Source of the DNA: an uncultured Candidatus Binatia bacterium | GTDB lineage: Bacteria; Desulfobacterota; Binatia; UBA9968; CAXXLF01 | Assembly (NCBI GenBank): GCA_965218425.1 | Contig: OZ244621.1 | Coordinates: forward strand, 992,001 to 1,056,000 | Direction: 5' to 3' | Length of the DNA stretch: 64,000 nucleotides | Shown here: positions 29,828-39,452 of the stretch, one piece after another | Layout of the letters: each line of letters begins with the position of its first letter | Position numbering within the stretch: position 1 is the stretch's first letter | Position numbers and translations under genes: made by a program | The notes under the pieces: model-generated | What the model saw: the letters and a program-made list of their open reading frames with translations, nothing else | Databases searched by the model: none | Told to the model about the DNA's origin: nothing

Positions 29828-31291
29828 ATGCAAAAGTCAGTTGGTTTAAAAATGTTTACAGGCGCACTTGTAGGCGCCTTCATTTTAGGGGTCACACTCA
29901 GCACGCGGCTTCAACTCCCATTCACTACAAACGCCAGCGAGGCCACACAAACAGAGGTCAACAACACCGCAGCGCTCCAGAACTTACCGGATTTCGTGGG
30001 TCTGTCCAAATCCCTTGGTCCTGCCGTGGTTAGTATCACAACAAAGCAGTCCGTTCAGCGGGTGCGCATGTCGCCGCATCCCTTCGGTGAGGAGGGGCCT
30101 TTTGGAGAATTCTGGAGGAGATTTTTCGACGGACCGCTTCCGGAGAACCCTAGTCCCCGACAGGGATTAGGTTCGGGCTTCATCATCGATCACAAGGGGT
30201 TGATCCTAACCAGTAACCACGTGGTGAAAAATGCGGAGAAGATCGAAGTGAAGCTCTCTGACGGCAGGGAGTTTGAGGCGGAGGTGGTGGGCAGAGATCC
30301 CAAGACGGATATCGCCGTGATCAAGATCAAAAACATGGGCGATCTCCCCACCGCCCCTCTGGGGAACTCCGACAGCCTTGAAGTGGGAGAGCGGGTTTTG
30401 GCCATCGGCAATCCCTTCGGCCTCGAGCATACCGTCACAGCGGGTATCGTCAGCGCCAAGGGTAGAAACATCGGCGCGGGACCCTACGACAACTTTATTC
30501 AGACCGATGCTTCCATCAACCCTGGTAATTCCGGTGGTCCGCTGATCAACATGAAGGGGCAGGTGGTAGGTATTAATACCGCCATCTTCAGCAGGAGCGG
30601 GGGCAACGTCGGGATCGGCTTTACCATTCCTATCAACCTGGTCAAGGAACTCCTCCCTCAACTCAAACAGGATGGTAAGGTGACCAGAGGTTGGGTGGGT
30701 GTGGCGATTCAGAGGATCACCCCGGAAATCGCAGAGTCCCTTGGCTTGAAAGAGGCCGGAGGTGCCCTGATCGCGGACGTGATCGAGGACAGTCCCGCGG
30801 AAAGAGCCGAACTCAAGGCGGGCGACATCATCGTTGAATTCAACGAATCGAAGGTCAAAGAATCAAACGATCTTCCCGCTATTGTGGCTCGCACCCCTGT
30901 GGGCAATGAAGTGTCCGTGAAGGTCCTGAGGGATGGCAGAGAGGTTTCTCTCCCCGTGACCATCGGTGAGCTGAGTAATGAGGAAATGGTCGCCACCCTG
31001 GACGGAGAGGAGGAACTCGGGTTAACGGTCCAGGCCATTTCTCCTCAATTCGCGGAGAAACTGGGGTTGGATCGAGCCGAAGGCATGGTCATCACTTCGG
31101 TTAAAGCCGGCAGCCCGGGTCACGTAGCCGGGCTACGCAGGGGAGACGTGATTTTAAAGATGGGCGGGAAGCCCATTCGTAATCTGGCGGATTTCAGCGC
31201 CGCGGTCGAAAATGCAAAGAAAGAAAAGATCGTTCTGTTCCTCGTGCAAAGGGGTGACGGCAAGCTCTTTCTCGCCATGAAGACCAGGTAA
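29828..31291 (+). CDS. Do/DegQ (HtrA) family serine endoprotease with two PDZ domains
   Basis: GSGFI, TSNHVV, TDIAVI and QTDASINPGNSGGPL; AGGAGG RBS. Confidence 0.95.
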   Translation: MQKSVGLKMFTGALVGAFILGVTLSTRLQLPFTTNASEATQTEVNNTAALQNLPDFVGLSKSLGPAVVSITTKQSVQRVRMSPHPFGEEGPFGEFWRRFFDGPLPENPSPRQGLGSGFIIDHKGLILTSNHVVKNAEKIEVKLSDGREFEAEVVGRDPKTDIAVIKIKNMGDLPTAPLGNSDSLEVGERVLAIGNPFGLEHTVTAGIVSAKGRNIGAGPYDNFIQTDASINPGNSGGPLINMKGQVVGINTAIFSRSGGNVGIGFTIPINLVKELLPQLKQDGKVTRGWVGVAIQRITPEIAESLGLKEAGGALIADVIEDSPAERAELKAGDIIVEFNESKVKESNDLPAIVARTPVGNEVSVKVLRDGREVSLPVTIGELSNEEMVATLDGEEELGLTVQAISPQFAEKLGLDRAEGMVITSVKAGSPGHVAGLRRGDVILKMGGKPIRNLADFSAAVENAKKEKIVLFLVQRGDGKLFLAMKTR

Positions 31292-31317
31292 CTCTTTGAG
31301 GTGCTCGGCTGAAACTT

Positions 31318-31347
31318 GGGGGGGAACCATTCGGCCCCCCCATTTGT
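31318..31347 (+). terminator. GC hairpin, candidate terminator after the DegQ gene
   Basis: GGGGGGG-AACCATTCGG-CCCCCCC followed by ATTTGT. Confidence 0.5.
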
Positions 31348-31373
31348 TCAAAGCTCTTGGATTGAGAGGAACA

Positions 31374-31565
31374 ATGATACAGACACACAAAGAAACCTTC
31401 CTTTGTGAAATTTACGACCAACATTTTCACAGGCTCCCACTGGGCGGGATGACCGTGGAGGACTCACTGTTGTCACCCGTAAGAATTTGTCCCGAATGCG
31501 GTCCCGTTGATTGGGGTGTCATGCAGTTTTACCGGGAAGCCATCGTGAGGAACCTTGAAAACTGA
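31374..31565 (+). CDS. Small hypothetical protein (63 aa) with CPEC, possible Zn-ribbon
   Basis: GAGAGGA RBS before ATG 31374; CEIY...CPECG. Confidence 0.45.
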   Translation: MIQTHKETFLCEIYDQHFHRLPLGGMTVEDSLLSPVRICPECGPVDWGVMQFYREAIVRNLEN

Positions 31566-31609
31566 CCAAACCTAGACGGCAAAGAACGCGGCGCATAGCG
31601 TCAAAATCT

Positions 31610-31900
31610 GTCAACCGCAGATTTACGCAGACGGACACGGCAAAAAATCTCATAAAGCACTTTACCGTAGAGGCCACGCTATGGGGCGGATGAGCCTTAG
31701 GCTGATCGGAGGGCGCAGAGAATTAATTTTTGTTTATCGGGAGACAACGACAAACAAAAACACCGCTCCTATTAAGCTGTAAGTTTTGCCCAAACGTCGT
31801 CTCCCGATTGGGCAAAACGGATTTCCTCAGCGTACTCTGCGTCTCTACAGTGAAACATCCTAATTCTTATCTGCGAGAATCAGGAGAAATCCGCGGCAAG
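31610..31900. repeat. Nested palindromic intergenic element with two complementary-loop hairpins
   Basis: Hairpins 31727-31760 (loop GGAGACAA) and 31783-31818 (loop TCGTCTCC), nested inside outer imperfect inverted repeats. Confidence 0.6.
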
Positions 31901-32032
31901 AAACTCTTTGCGGTCTTGGCACGAAAAGCCTCGTTGAAATCAGAACGGGGTTGACCCCGAACCGCGCAAGGGATATTTTCCCCTCACACCGCTTTTGACC
32001 TTAAGCTCACGATCACAGGGGAGGATCCTGGA

Positions 32033-33820
32033 ATGGAGAGAGAATCGACTGGCGCATTCATTGGACAGGGAAAACCCAGCAAGGGATTTTATGGCTCCGA
32101 CCTCATGGTGGATGTCCTGCGGGAGCTGGGAATTCGTTACATCGCGTTGAATCCCGGCGCAAGCTACCGTGGGTTGCATGACTCCCTGGTGAACTACGGT
32201 CCCGGCAAGCCACCCGAGATTATTCTCTGCACCCATGAGGAGATCGCGGTGGCCCTGGCAAATGGTTACGCCCGGGCAACAGGAGAGCCCATGGCCACAG
32301 GACTGCACAACGTTGTGGGGCTCCAGCACGCTGCCATGGGGATCTTCAACGCCTGGTGCGACCGGACACCGATGCTTAACCTCGGCGGCGGGGGACCCCA
32401 GGACGCAAGCCTCCGGCGCTCAACCGATTGGGTCCATACCGCTCTTGTTCAGGGCAATTTGGTCCGTGATTTTGTAAAGTTTGACGATCAGCCTACGAGC
32501 CTTGAGGCTATTCCGGAATCATTGCTTCGCGCATTCCGCATCGCCACAACGGAGCCAAAGGGCCCAGTGTATGTCTGCCTGGACTCCGGCCTCCAGGAAG
32601 CAGGGCTTGCTGACCCGGTAAATGTCCCGGATGCGAGCCTGTTCCGCGCGCCGGCTACCCCTGCACCAAACCCCGAGGCGATTCGCGAAGCGGCAAATCT
32701 CCTGACTAAGGCCCATTGGCCGGTCATTGTCGCCGGTGAGGTCGGTCGTAACCCCCAGGCACTGGCAGCTTTGCGGGAGCTTGCCGAGTTGCTCGCAGCC
32801 CCTGTAATTGACGCGGACGGACGTTTCGCATTTCCCAGCACCCACCCGCTCAACCTCACCAACACGCGTGAGGACGCGCTGCGCGACGCAGACGCAATCC
32901 TCGCCCTTGACGTACCCAGTCTTGGAGTCCCCTTGGGGCCTTCAGTACGAGAGAGAGAGGCATTCAAGCCGGCCATTCAACCCACGGCAAAAGTCATCCA
33001 CATCACTCTCTTGGACCTGGAGCGGCAGAGTTGGGTGAGCGACAGTATGTGGCTCTTTCCCGTGTCGGTGCCCATGGCCGCAGATACCTCCATCGCCCTG
33101 CCTCAATTGGTCCAGCTATGCCGTGAACGGCTTGGCTCAGGCGGCGATGCCAGCAGGCGAATTGAAGAGCGTCGTACCAAGGTGGAGGCGATACAAGCCG
33201 AGGCGAAAAAGCGCTCAAAGGATTGGATCGAGCAAAACTGGAACAAACAGCCCATATCGCAGGCGCGCCTTTTCAGTGAGATCAACTCGCGTGTCAAAGG
33301 AAAATCCTGGGCACTGGTATCCTCCCACGGCCGACGCTGGCGTGAGGTCCTGGAGGTCACCGAAGCCGCCCACGGTTTAGGAGGCGGGCGAGGCGGTGGT
33401 GTGGGTTACGGACTCCCCTCTTCCATCGGCGCAGCCTTGGGTTACAAAGGAAGCGGCCGGCTCTGCGTCAGCATCGTCGGGGACGGTGATTTTCTCATGA
33501 CCTCCAACTCGCTCTGGACCGCCGCCCGATACCGTATTCCACTGCTGGTTATAACCTCCAATAATCGCTCCTATTACAATGACGAGGAGCATCAGGAACG
33601 CATGGCCATCCGCCGGGAACGTCCCGTGGAAAACAAGGGAATCGGGATTCACATCAACGATCCGGAACCGGACCTGGCGGCCATCGCACGGGGCCTGGGT
33701 GTGGAAGGCTTCGGCCCGGTTACCGAGCCGGGTGAACTTGGTCCTGCGCTCGACAAGGCAATCAAGATGGCGGAGGGGGGTAAGGCCGTTGTGGTGGACG
33801 TCGTGACGGCGGCGCGCTAG
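32033..33820 (+). CDS. Thiamine pyrophosphate-binding enzyme (benzoylformate decarboxylase/ALS-like)
   Basis: NPGASYRGLHDS, HEEIAV and GDGDF...NN TPP-binding motif. Confidence 0.92.
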   Translation: MERESTGAFIGQGKPSKGFYGSDLMVDVLRELGIRYIALNPGASYRGLHDSLVNYGPGKPPEIILCTHEEIAVALANGYARATGEPMATGLHNVVGLQHAAMGIFNAWCDRTPMLNLGGGGPQDASLRRSTDWVHTALVQGNLVRDFVKFDDQPTSLEAIPESLLRAFRIATTEPKGPVYVCLDSGLQEAGLADPVNVPDASLFRAPATPAPNPEAIREAANLLTKAHWPVIVAGEVGRNPQALAALRELAELLAAPVIDADGRFAFPSTHPLNLTNTREDALRDADAILALDVPSLGVPLGPSVREREAFKPAIQPTAKVIHITLLDLERQSWVSDSMWLFPVSVPMAADTSIALPQLVQLCRERLGSGGDASRRIEERRTKVEAIQAEAKKRSKDWIEQNWNKQPISQARLFSEINSRVKGKSWALVSSHGRRWREVLEVTEAAHGLGGGRGGGVGYGLPSSIGAALGYKGSGRLCVSIVGDGDFLMTSNSLWTAARYRIPLLVITSNNRSYYNDEEHQERMAIRRERPVENKGIGIHINDPEPDLAAIARGLGVEGFGPVTEPGELGPALDKAIKMAEGGKAVVVDVVTAAR

Positions 33821-33869
33821 TGAATTGCTGGTCGTGCCGTCATCGGGGTTCGAGTTAGAATCGCTGGAC

Positions 33870-34140
33870 TCAAAGATCCAGCCCCCTCACGACTCTTTCG
33901 TAAACGTCGCGGCGATGGATAATCCCGAAAATCCATACCTCGTTTCGGACGACTTTAAACACTACTCGGCAATCTCCAATTCGGAGCTTCCAATAGCCCT
34001 TAAGGGTACCGCGCAGCGGCTCGCCGTATCGTTCAAGGTGACTCGTCAATCGCGTGGGCGATACGCTCCCTTGGGTTTCGACTTATGGCGGGAATATCTC
34101 TCTTTCGGACATCAGGATGGTAAATGAGAACGAAAGGCAT
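33870..34140 (-). pseudogene. Frameshifted RelE/ParE family toxin
   Basis: MPFVLIYHPDVRKRDIPAI...RIAHAIDESP*, then a shifted frame ERYGEPLRGTLKGYWKLRIGDCRVVFKV...IIHRRDVYE...*. Confidence 0.85.
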
Positions 34141-34152
34141 CGGACCATGAAC

Positions 34153-34383
34153 TTAGGAACCCCAAACCTGCTTGTGGAATAGCCCCCCCGACCGACGAAA
34201 AGTCCGTTCCCGCTCCTCTGCAAAATTCGCCAATGCTGCATCCTCCTCGGCCTCCAACGTTTCCTTGACCAAGTCTCGGATTTTCAGTGACAACGATATG
34301 CCCTCCTCTTTCTCGAGGCGACGGACAGATTCGTAGAGAGGTTTTTCCAGAACAATATGGATACGTGGATTCTTCATCGACAT
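34153..34383 (-). CDS. RHH-family antitoxin
   Basis: MSMKNPRIHIVLEKPLY...SLSLKIRDLVKETLEAEED...AEERE, directly upstream of the RelE remnant. Confidence 0.82.
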   Translation of the reverse strand: MSMKNPRIHIVLEKPLYESVRRLEKEEGISLSLKIRDLVKETLEAEEDAALANFAEERERTFRRSGGLFHKQVWGS

Positions 34384-34476
34384 AATGATTGACCCCCTGT
34401 CTGTCGGCGTGGCGCCAGTGGCGAACCAACCCAAGGCTCACACCATCGGCGGTCGACAAATAACATCAGCGATGGG

Positions 34477-35355
34477 TCATGCCTTGGCGGGTGCCGACAA
34501 ACCCATCTGTTTGAAGATGGCGCGGGTGATGAGGCTTTCAGGGTCCGCCAAAAGGGAAGAGAGCATGAAGTGGTTGGCCTTTGGGACTTCGAGGTATTCG
34601 CAGTTGACTCCCCTTTTGCTACCCAGCTCATAGAGATCCCGAGACATCTGCTTCCAACCTTCGGGCTCGTCTCCTCCAACTGCAATCACCAGGGGCGCAT
34701 TAGGCAGAGGTGGGTTGATGAGAGGGCTGTTCTCCCGTGCGGTCTGTGGAGTCAGCCTGATCTGACTATTCACTCCAACGTGAAGGACCGCATCGAGGTC
34801 GTAGACTCCAGAGATGGCAACACAGCCCTTGATGGTGTGGCGCGGCAGGCCTTCTCCTTCCCAGTCATGGGCAAGGGCCATGGCCACCAGATGCCCTCCT
34901 GCGGAAACGCCGCAAATATAAATTTTCGCCGGGTCACCGCCATAAGCTGAAATATTTTTGAAAACCCATGCAATGGCTGAGCGCACCTGTCGGACAATGT
35001 CTGTGACCGATACGTCCGGGCAGAGATCGTATTCCACCAGCGCTACGGTGACTCCCACTTTGCCAAACAGATCCACGAAATGGCAGTTGTGGTCCTTACC
35101 GCCGCGCACCCAGTAACCTCCGTGAACATAGACAAGCACTGGAGCGTTTGGCCTTTCAGCCGGAAAAATGTCTATCACTTGCCTCGGTGAGTCGCCGTAG
35201 GGAACGTTGAGAGTTGATTTCAATCGTTCCCGATTGTTTCGACTCGCCGCCTCCCTCTCCTGCGCCCAACGCTCATGATCCGGCACCGCCGTCCTGGGAT
35301 CAAAATGCCGCTCCATCTCCTCCCTGCGGAACCCTTTGTACGCAAATTCACTCAT
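34477..35355 (-). CDS. Alpha/beta hydrolase (arylformamidase/kynurenine formamidase-like)
   Basis: HGGYW, GVSAGGHL, SGVYDL and NHF motifs. Confidence 0.88.
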   Translation of the reverse strand: MSEFAYKGFRREEMERHFDPRTAVPDHERWAQEREAASRNNRERLKSTLNVPYGDSPRQVIDIFPAERPNAPVLVYVHGGYWVRGGKDHNCHFVDLFGKVGVTVALVEYDLCPDVSVTDIVRQVRSAIAWVFKNISAYGGDPAKIYICGVSAGGHLVAMALAHDWEGEGLPRHTIKGCVAISGVYDLDAVLHVGVNSQIRLTPQTARENSPLINPPLPNAPLVIAVGGDEPEGWKQMSRDLYELGSKRGVNCEYLEVPKANHFMLSSLLADPESLITRAIFKQMGLSAPAKA

Positions 35356-35782
35356 GGACAGTTAACTCTTTTCCATTGGGGCGATTTTGGAAACTTCGGC
35401 GGGGAAGGATCCATATGGTCCCAGGGGTATCCGCTCTCTGAAAAAACAACCATCTGCGGGGTAAATCGGCTCGGGTCGTTGAGGCTACCCGCTCTCACAA
35501 ACACGATGTCCGGCATGCTCGTGGTAAGGCAGTAAAGAGGAGTCCCGCACTTCTGACAAAAGGCGTTGCTTACTTCACCTCCACTATCAGCACCGCGTTC
35601 ATAGAGTTTGGGTGAACCGGTAAGCTTAAATGCCGTTTTTGGCACTAAGAGTCCTGAAGAATGTCTCGTGCCCGTGGCTCGTTGGCGCCCTCGACACTGG
35701 CAATGCCCCGATCCCACGGGTTTTACGGCAAACTCGCATTGGATCGCCCCGCAAGCCATGAACCAGCATAATTTGCCATCAT
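35352..35782 (-). pseudogene. GFA (CENP-V) family protein, likely frameshifted
   Basis: AGGAGG RBS, then ATG ATG GCA AAT TAT GCT GGT TCA TG GCT TGC: one base is missing from the CACG motif. The CxCxxC motif reads CQCRGR. FCQKCGTPL is intact. Confidence 0.75.
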
Positions 35783-35813
35783 ATCCTCCTCGAATTGGCT
35801 CCATGATCAGTTT

Positions 35814-37088
35814 TTACTCGCGGTCATCACGAGCTTCCCTCTCCCACCGTTCCATTATTGGACTGTACTTGGTTGAGGCGCCTGTGCGCGGACGACCACG
35901 ACGATAGCCGGATTGTCCGGCTAGAAAGTTTTCTTCTGTTGGTAGAGCAATATACTTATTCTTCGCTGGATCGCGGAATACGTTCATGGGGTCCTTGCCG
36001 GCTTCCATAATGCCCACCTGCTCTTCCAGGAGGCGACGGTAAAGAATGATCCCCTTGTCCGAACGTCCCAGAGTTTCCGCTGTCCGGTCTGCCACAGGGC
36101 CCTGCGTAATCCAGGCCGCAATATCCTGACCACTGTTGTTGTCCAGGATGTTCCATTGGGGTAGCCCCTCCTCGTCCAGTCCTGGAACTGGAACCTTATA
36201 ATATGGGATGTCCTCCGGCGCCTGATCCTTTGGGTCACCCTTTTTCTGATAGCAACGATACCACCAATGAGCCGTATGGGTGTCGTCTATGGGAACTCGA
36301 ATTTGAAACCCGGCCCCGCCGCGGCCAAGGTTCCCTTGCCGGAGCATGTTGGGAAAAACCATTGGGTGTCCTACCCTCCAGTCATCGCTTTCCTCGGTCT
36401 CGCCTACCAATATCCGTCGCTTAACGATCCCGTGTTCGAAAACATCAAAGCCCACCTTTTCATGCTGCTGGCGTGGCTTCTGGAGTTCTTTCTTTCCCAT
36501 CTGGTCCACCACATAGTTGTAAAAGTTCTGGTGCAGCCACTCCACATGCACCGGATCCAGCGAGTTCTCCATGATTTGAAGCCAGTTGCATGAAATCTCC
36601 GCATATCCGATATCTCTATCCACGTCTTCCATGGCATATAGATCCCACCGCGGAAGCAAGGGTTCAGGTTTTCGGCCTAGATAGGCAAAAAGCAATCCGC
36701 TCAACTCCTGAACGGGGTAGGCCTTGGTCTTGACCTTGTCCTTGAAGTTACCTTGCGGGTCCTCGGTCTCCTCGTAGGGCTGTTCGATACATTGTCCGGT
36801 CTCATCAAACACCCACCCATGATAGGCGCATCTCAACCCGCGCTTTTCTGGAATACCGAACACCATGGACATGCGCCGGTGCGGGCAGAAAGGATCGATC
36901 AGTCCATATCTCCCGGAGCGGTCTTTATAAAGAACCATGTCCTCTCCCAGAACTCTGACGTTTCTTGTGTTCCTGTCCTTCATCTGCGAGACGGCGGCCA
37001 CGGGATGCCAGTAGCGGCGATAAAGCTCTCCCATGGGAGTCCCCGGTTCAACGCTGGTCAATTGCCTATTCTGTTCTTCTGTCAGCAT
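35814..37088 (-). CDS. Rieske non-heme iron oxygenase (LigXa/phthalate dioxygenase-like)
   Basis: CPHR...CAYHGW; ENSLDPVHVEWLH; QD...QG. Confidence 0.92.
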   Translation of the reverse strand: MLTEEQNRQLTSVEPGTPMGELYRRYWHPVAAVSQMKDRNTRNVRVLGEDMVLYKDRSGRYGLIDPFCPHRRMSMVFGIPEKRGLRCAYHGWVFDETGQCIEQPYEETEDPQGNFKDKVKTKAYPVQELSGLLFAYLGRKPEPLLPRWDLYAMEDVDRDIGYAEISCNWLQIMENSLDPVHVEWLHQNFYNYVVDQMGKKELQKPRQQHEKVGFDVFEHGIVKRRILVGETEESDDWRVGHPMVFPNMLRQGNLGRGGAGFQIRVPIDDTHTAHWWYRCYQKKGDPKDQAPEDIPYYKVPVPGLDEEGLPQWNILDNNSGQDIAAWITQGPVADRTAETLGRSDKGIILYRRLLEEQVGIMEAGKDPMNVFRDPAKNKYIALPTEENFLAGQSGYRRGRPRTGASTKYSPIMERWEREARDDRE

Positions 37089-37699
37089 GGCCTCTCCTTT
37101 CTATGGAAGGGATTCATAGGTTCGAGTCCTCAAAATGAATTTAACTTCGGCGTCGCTTTCAAGTGTTGAAGACCCATCCGCAGCAGACACGGAGTGCGGA
37201 TTTGGAACATATTGGCCAAAATTGTTGCTCCAATGTCCGTTTTATTCCCTTAAATACGTTAAAATACCAAATACATACAGCTTGGCACGTTTTTTGTTCC
37301 TATCTTCCCTCGATTGCGTGCGGCTCCCTAAGACCCACCCAGGAGAGCACCCTGGCTTTAAAAGACGCACAGCAAATCGCGCATAGACACACCTCCCATC
37401 TCTGTAGCGCTATTTTCAAGGTGCTCCAACAACGGAGGCCGCACGCAACCCCTCAGAGAAAGGAACAAAACCACGCCTCCATGGATCGTAATCCATATAC
37501 CTTCACGTTGTCTAGTCAAGATCATCACCAAATCGGTGGATCGGGTACCGGCCATTTGTGGTGCGCGGGGATGGAAGTCGAAGGAGCCGATGATCAGGGG
37601 TGAAGTAGAGATGCCTTTGTTCTATCTCCCCTTCCCCAGGTCGTAAGAACAGCAAAGAGCTTAGCGTCCTGCCGCATAAAACCCTGTGCCGCCGATCTG

Positions 37700-38485
37700 C
37701 TATGACGGCATAAGCCCATTCTTTCTCAGAAAACCGCTCACGGCCTCATCGAACAGAGCTGGCTGCTCCAAGCAACAGGCATGCCCCGACCTTGGAATGG
37801 TGCGGTGCTCGGCCTTCTTTATCTTTTGACTCATTTCGATACTCCGCGGCCTGGCTCCGTCAAATTCGCCATTGATCACCAGCACGGGCATTTGAAGTTC
37901 TTCCAGACGAGGGGTCAGGTTCTTTCGCTCCAGGGCATTGAAGACCTCCCTCAAGGCCTGCGGTTTCAAGTGGGGATCCGTGTCCGTAAACAAACTGAGG
38001 GCGTATCCACCCAGCTTTGATTCCGCAAACTCCTCGCTAACAAGATTCTTGAGGTGTTCAATGTGGTACTTTTTGACTCCTTGATTCAGATACCCGTCCG
38101 TTCGAGTCTGATGCGGGCTCGGGCCACTGCTACACCCGACCATAATCAGCGCCTTGCAGAGATGGGGATGGTTCAATGCCATCTGGAGTACAAGGTTACC
38201 GCCCACACTGATCCCGCAGAGGATTGCCTCTTTGGCTTGCTCTTGACGGCAGACCCCCACGATGTCTTCCGCCATCTCAGCGACATTGGTTTCGGTGACG
38301 GGCTTGTCCGAACGCCCGTATCCTCGAATATCCACTGCGATGACTTTAAAAAACGTGGAGAACCGGGCAATCTGATATGTCCACAAGCGATGATCAAAAG
38401 GATTTGCATGGATGAGGACCATGGAAGAACCCTCCCCGGAGACCTCATAGTAGATCCGAATTCCATTGACTGAACAGTAGGGCAT
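37700..38485 (-). CDS. Alpha/beta hydrolase (enol-lactonase-like)
   Basis: DIRGYGRS, GISVGG, NGEFD and SGHAC motifs. Confidence 0.88.
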   Translation of the reverse strand: MPYCSVNGIRIYYEVSGEGSSMVLIHANPFDHRLWTYQIARFSTFFKVIAVDIRGYGRSDKPVTETNVAEMAEDIVGVCRQEQAKEAILCGISVGGNLVLQMALNHPHLCKALIMVGCSSGPSPHQTRTDGYLNQGVKKYHIEHLKNLVSEEFAESKLGGYALSLFTDTDPHLKPQALREVFNALERKNLTPRLEELQMPVLVINGEFDGARPRSIEMSQKIKKAEHRTIPRSGHACCLEQPALFDEAVSGFLRKNGLMPS

Positions 38486-38953
38486 AACTCCCTCCCAAAC
38501 ATTATATTAGCAATTCGTACCTAATAAACAGCCATAAATTATTCGAAGCCCCGTACCTTCGTCAAGGGAATCGACGCTTACGAAATCGTAAGACTCCGAA
38601 AGTTAAGACCTTCGGTCCTGACAGGAGAGCGAGCGTACTTAAACGGGAGATGTCATCCCTTCGCTTCAGTAGTCCTTCGTCGAGAACGCTCATTCACCCA
38701 TCGAGGTAGGACTCGGGGGCCTGCCCCTCAGCGGGAGCCGATGGGCCTGTGTATCGAGGCCCCTTCATTTGATCTGACATGCCGAAATGGCTTGGACCTC
38801 CAGCATTGGACGTCTCCCTTTCTTCGGTGCAAGCCCCCTGCGGCCCAAACCGGAAAAGCCACGAAGGGGAGTGAGATGTAAGGCCGTGGGCATCGAACGC
38901 GCAGTTTCAGATATCCACCGGCCTATTGCCCGCGGCCGGGATTCGACGGTGAG

Positions 38954-39452
38954 ACTTGTATGGATGGATGCCAAAGCTGAGTCCAAGACGTCCTATGAGG
39001 CAAGCTCATTCAGGCTTCTTGGTCCGCCATCCGCCAGGATGCACAGCTTAGAGGATTTTACCGGCCGGTTTACCAAAGGCACCCAGGGGAGCGAGCAGCA
39101 AGCAAAGCCATTGTGGCGGTAGCGCGCAAACCGACCACGAGGATCTATGCCGTTTTGAAACAACAGCGGCCTTACGTGGTGAGGGAAAAAGTTCCTTCGG
39201 CTCCTTTGACTAAAGAGGAGACTGTGCCCCAGAGAACGACTTGACGGCTGAGAGAACCGGGAGAGATTAACTCCTGAGGGTTCGGAGTGTGAGACAGGGA
39301 GCCCGGGGCATTGTACCTGAGAGAGGGGCGCATCTTAACGAAGTGTGACGGCCCATGAGCCGTGCCACGAATTGCGGCAAGTCTCTCTTCGCTCGGGGAG
39401 CTTAAAAACATACCGGGACTATTGGCTCCGTGCCTTGACATCCACATAGCAG
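38954..39452 (+). mobile_element. Internally deleted IS110/IS1111-type element (499 bp) with both ends retained
   Basis: AG core at 38952-53 and 39451-52; sub-terminal IRs ATGGATGCCAAAG and CCTTGACATCCAC (10/13); transposase C-terminus plus a ~200-nt non-coding right end. Confidence 0.8.
38999..39244 (+). pseudogene. IS110 transposase C-terminal fragment
   Basis: GKLIQASWSAIRQDAQLRGFYRPVYQRHPGERAASKAIVAVARKPTTRIYAVLKQQRPY...*, the typical KAIVAVARK...IYA tail of IS110 transposases. Confidence 0.88.

Noticed and set aside
37283..37603. Sigma54-like TGGCACGTTTTTTGTT and ORFs 37163-37603(+) and 37358-37555(-)
   Set aside because: The -12 element is GT rather than GC, and the ORFs show no recognisable family features.
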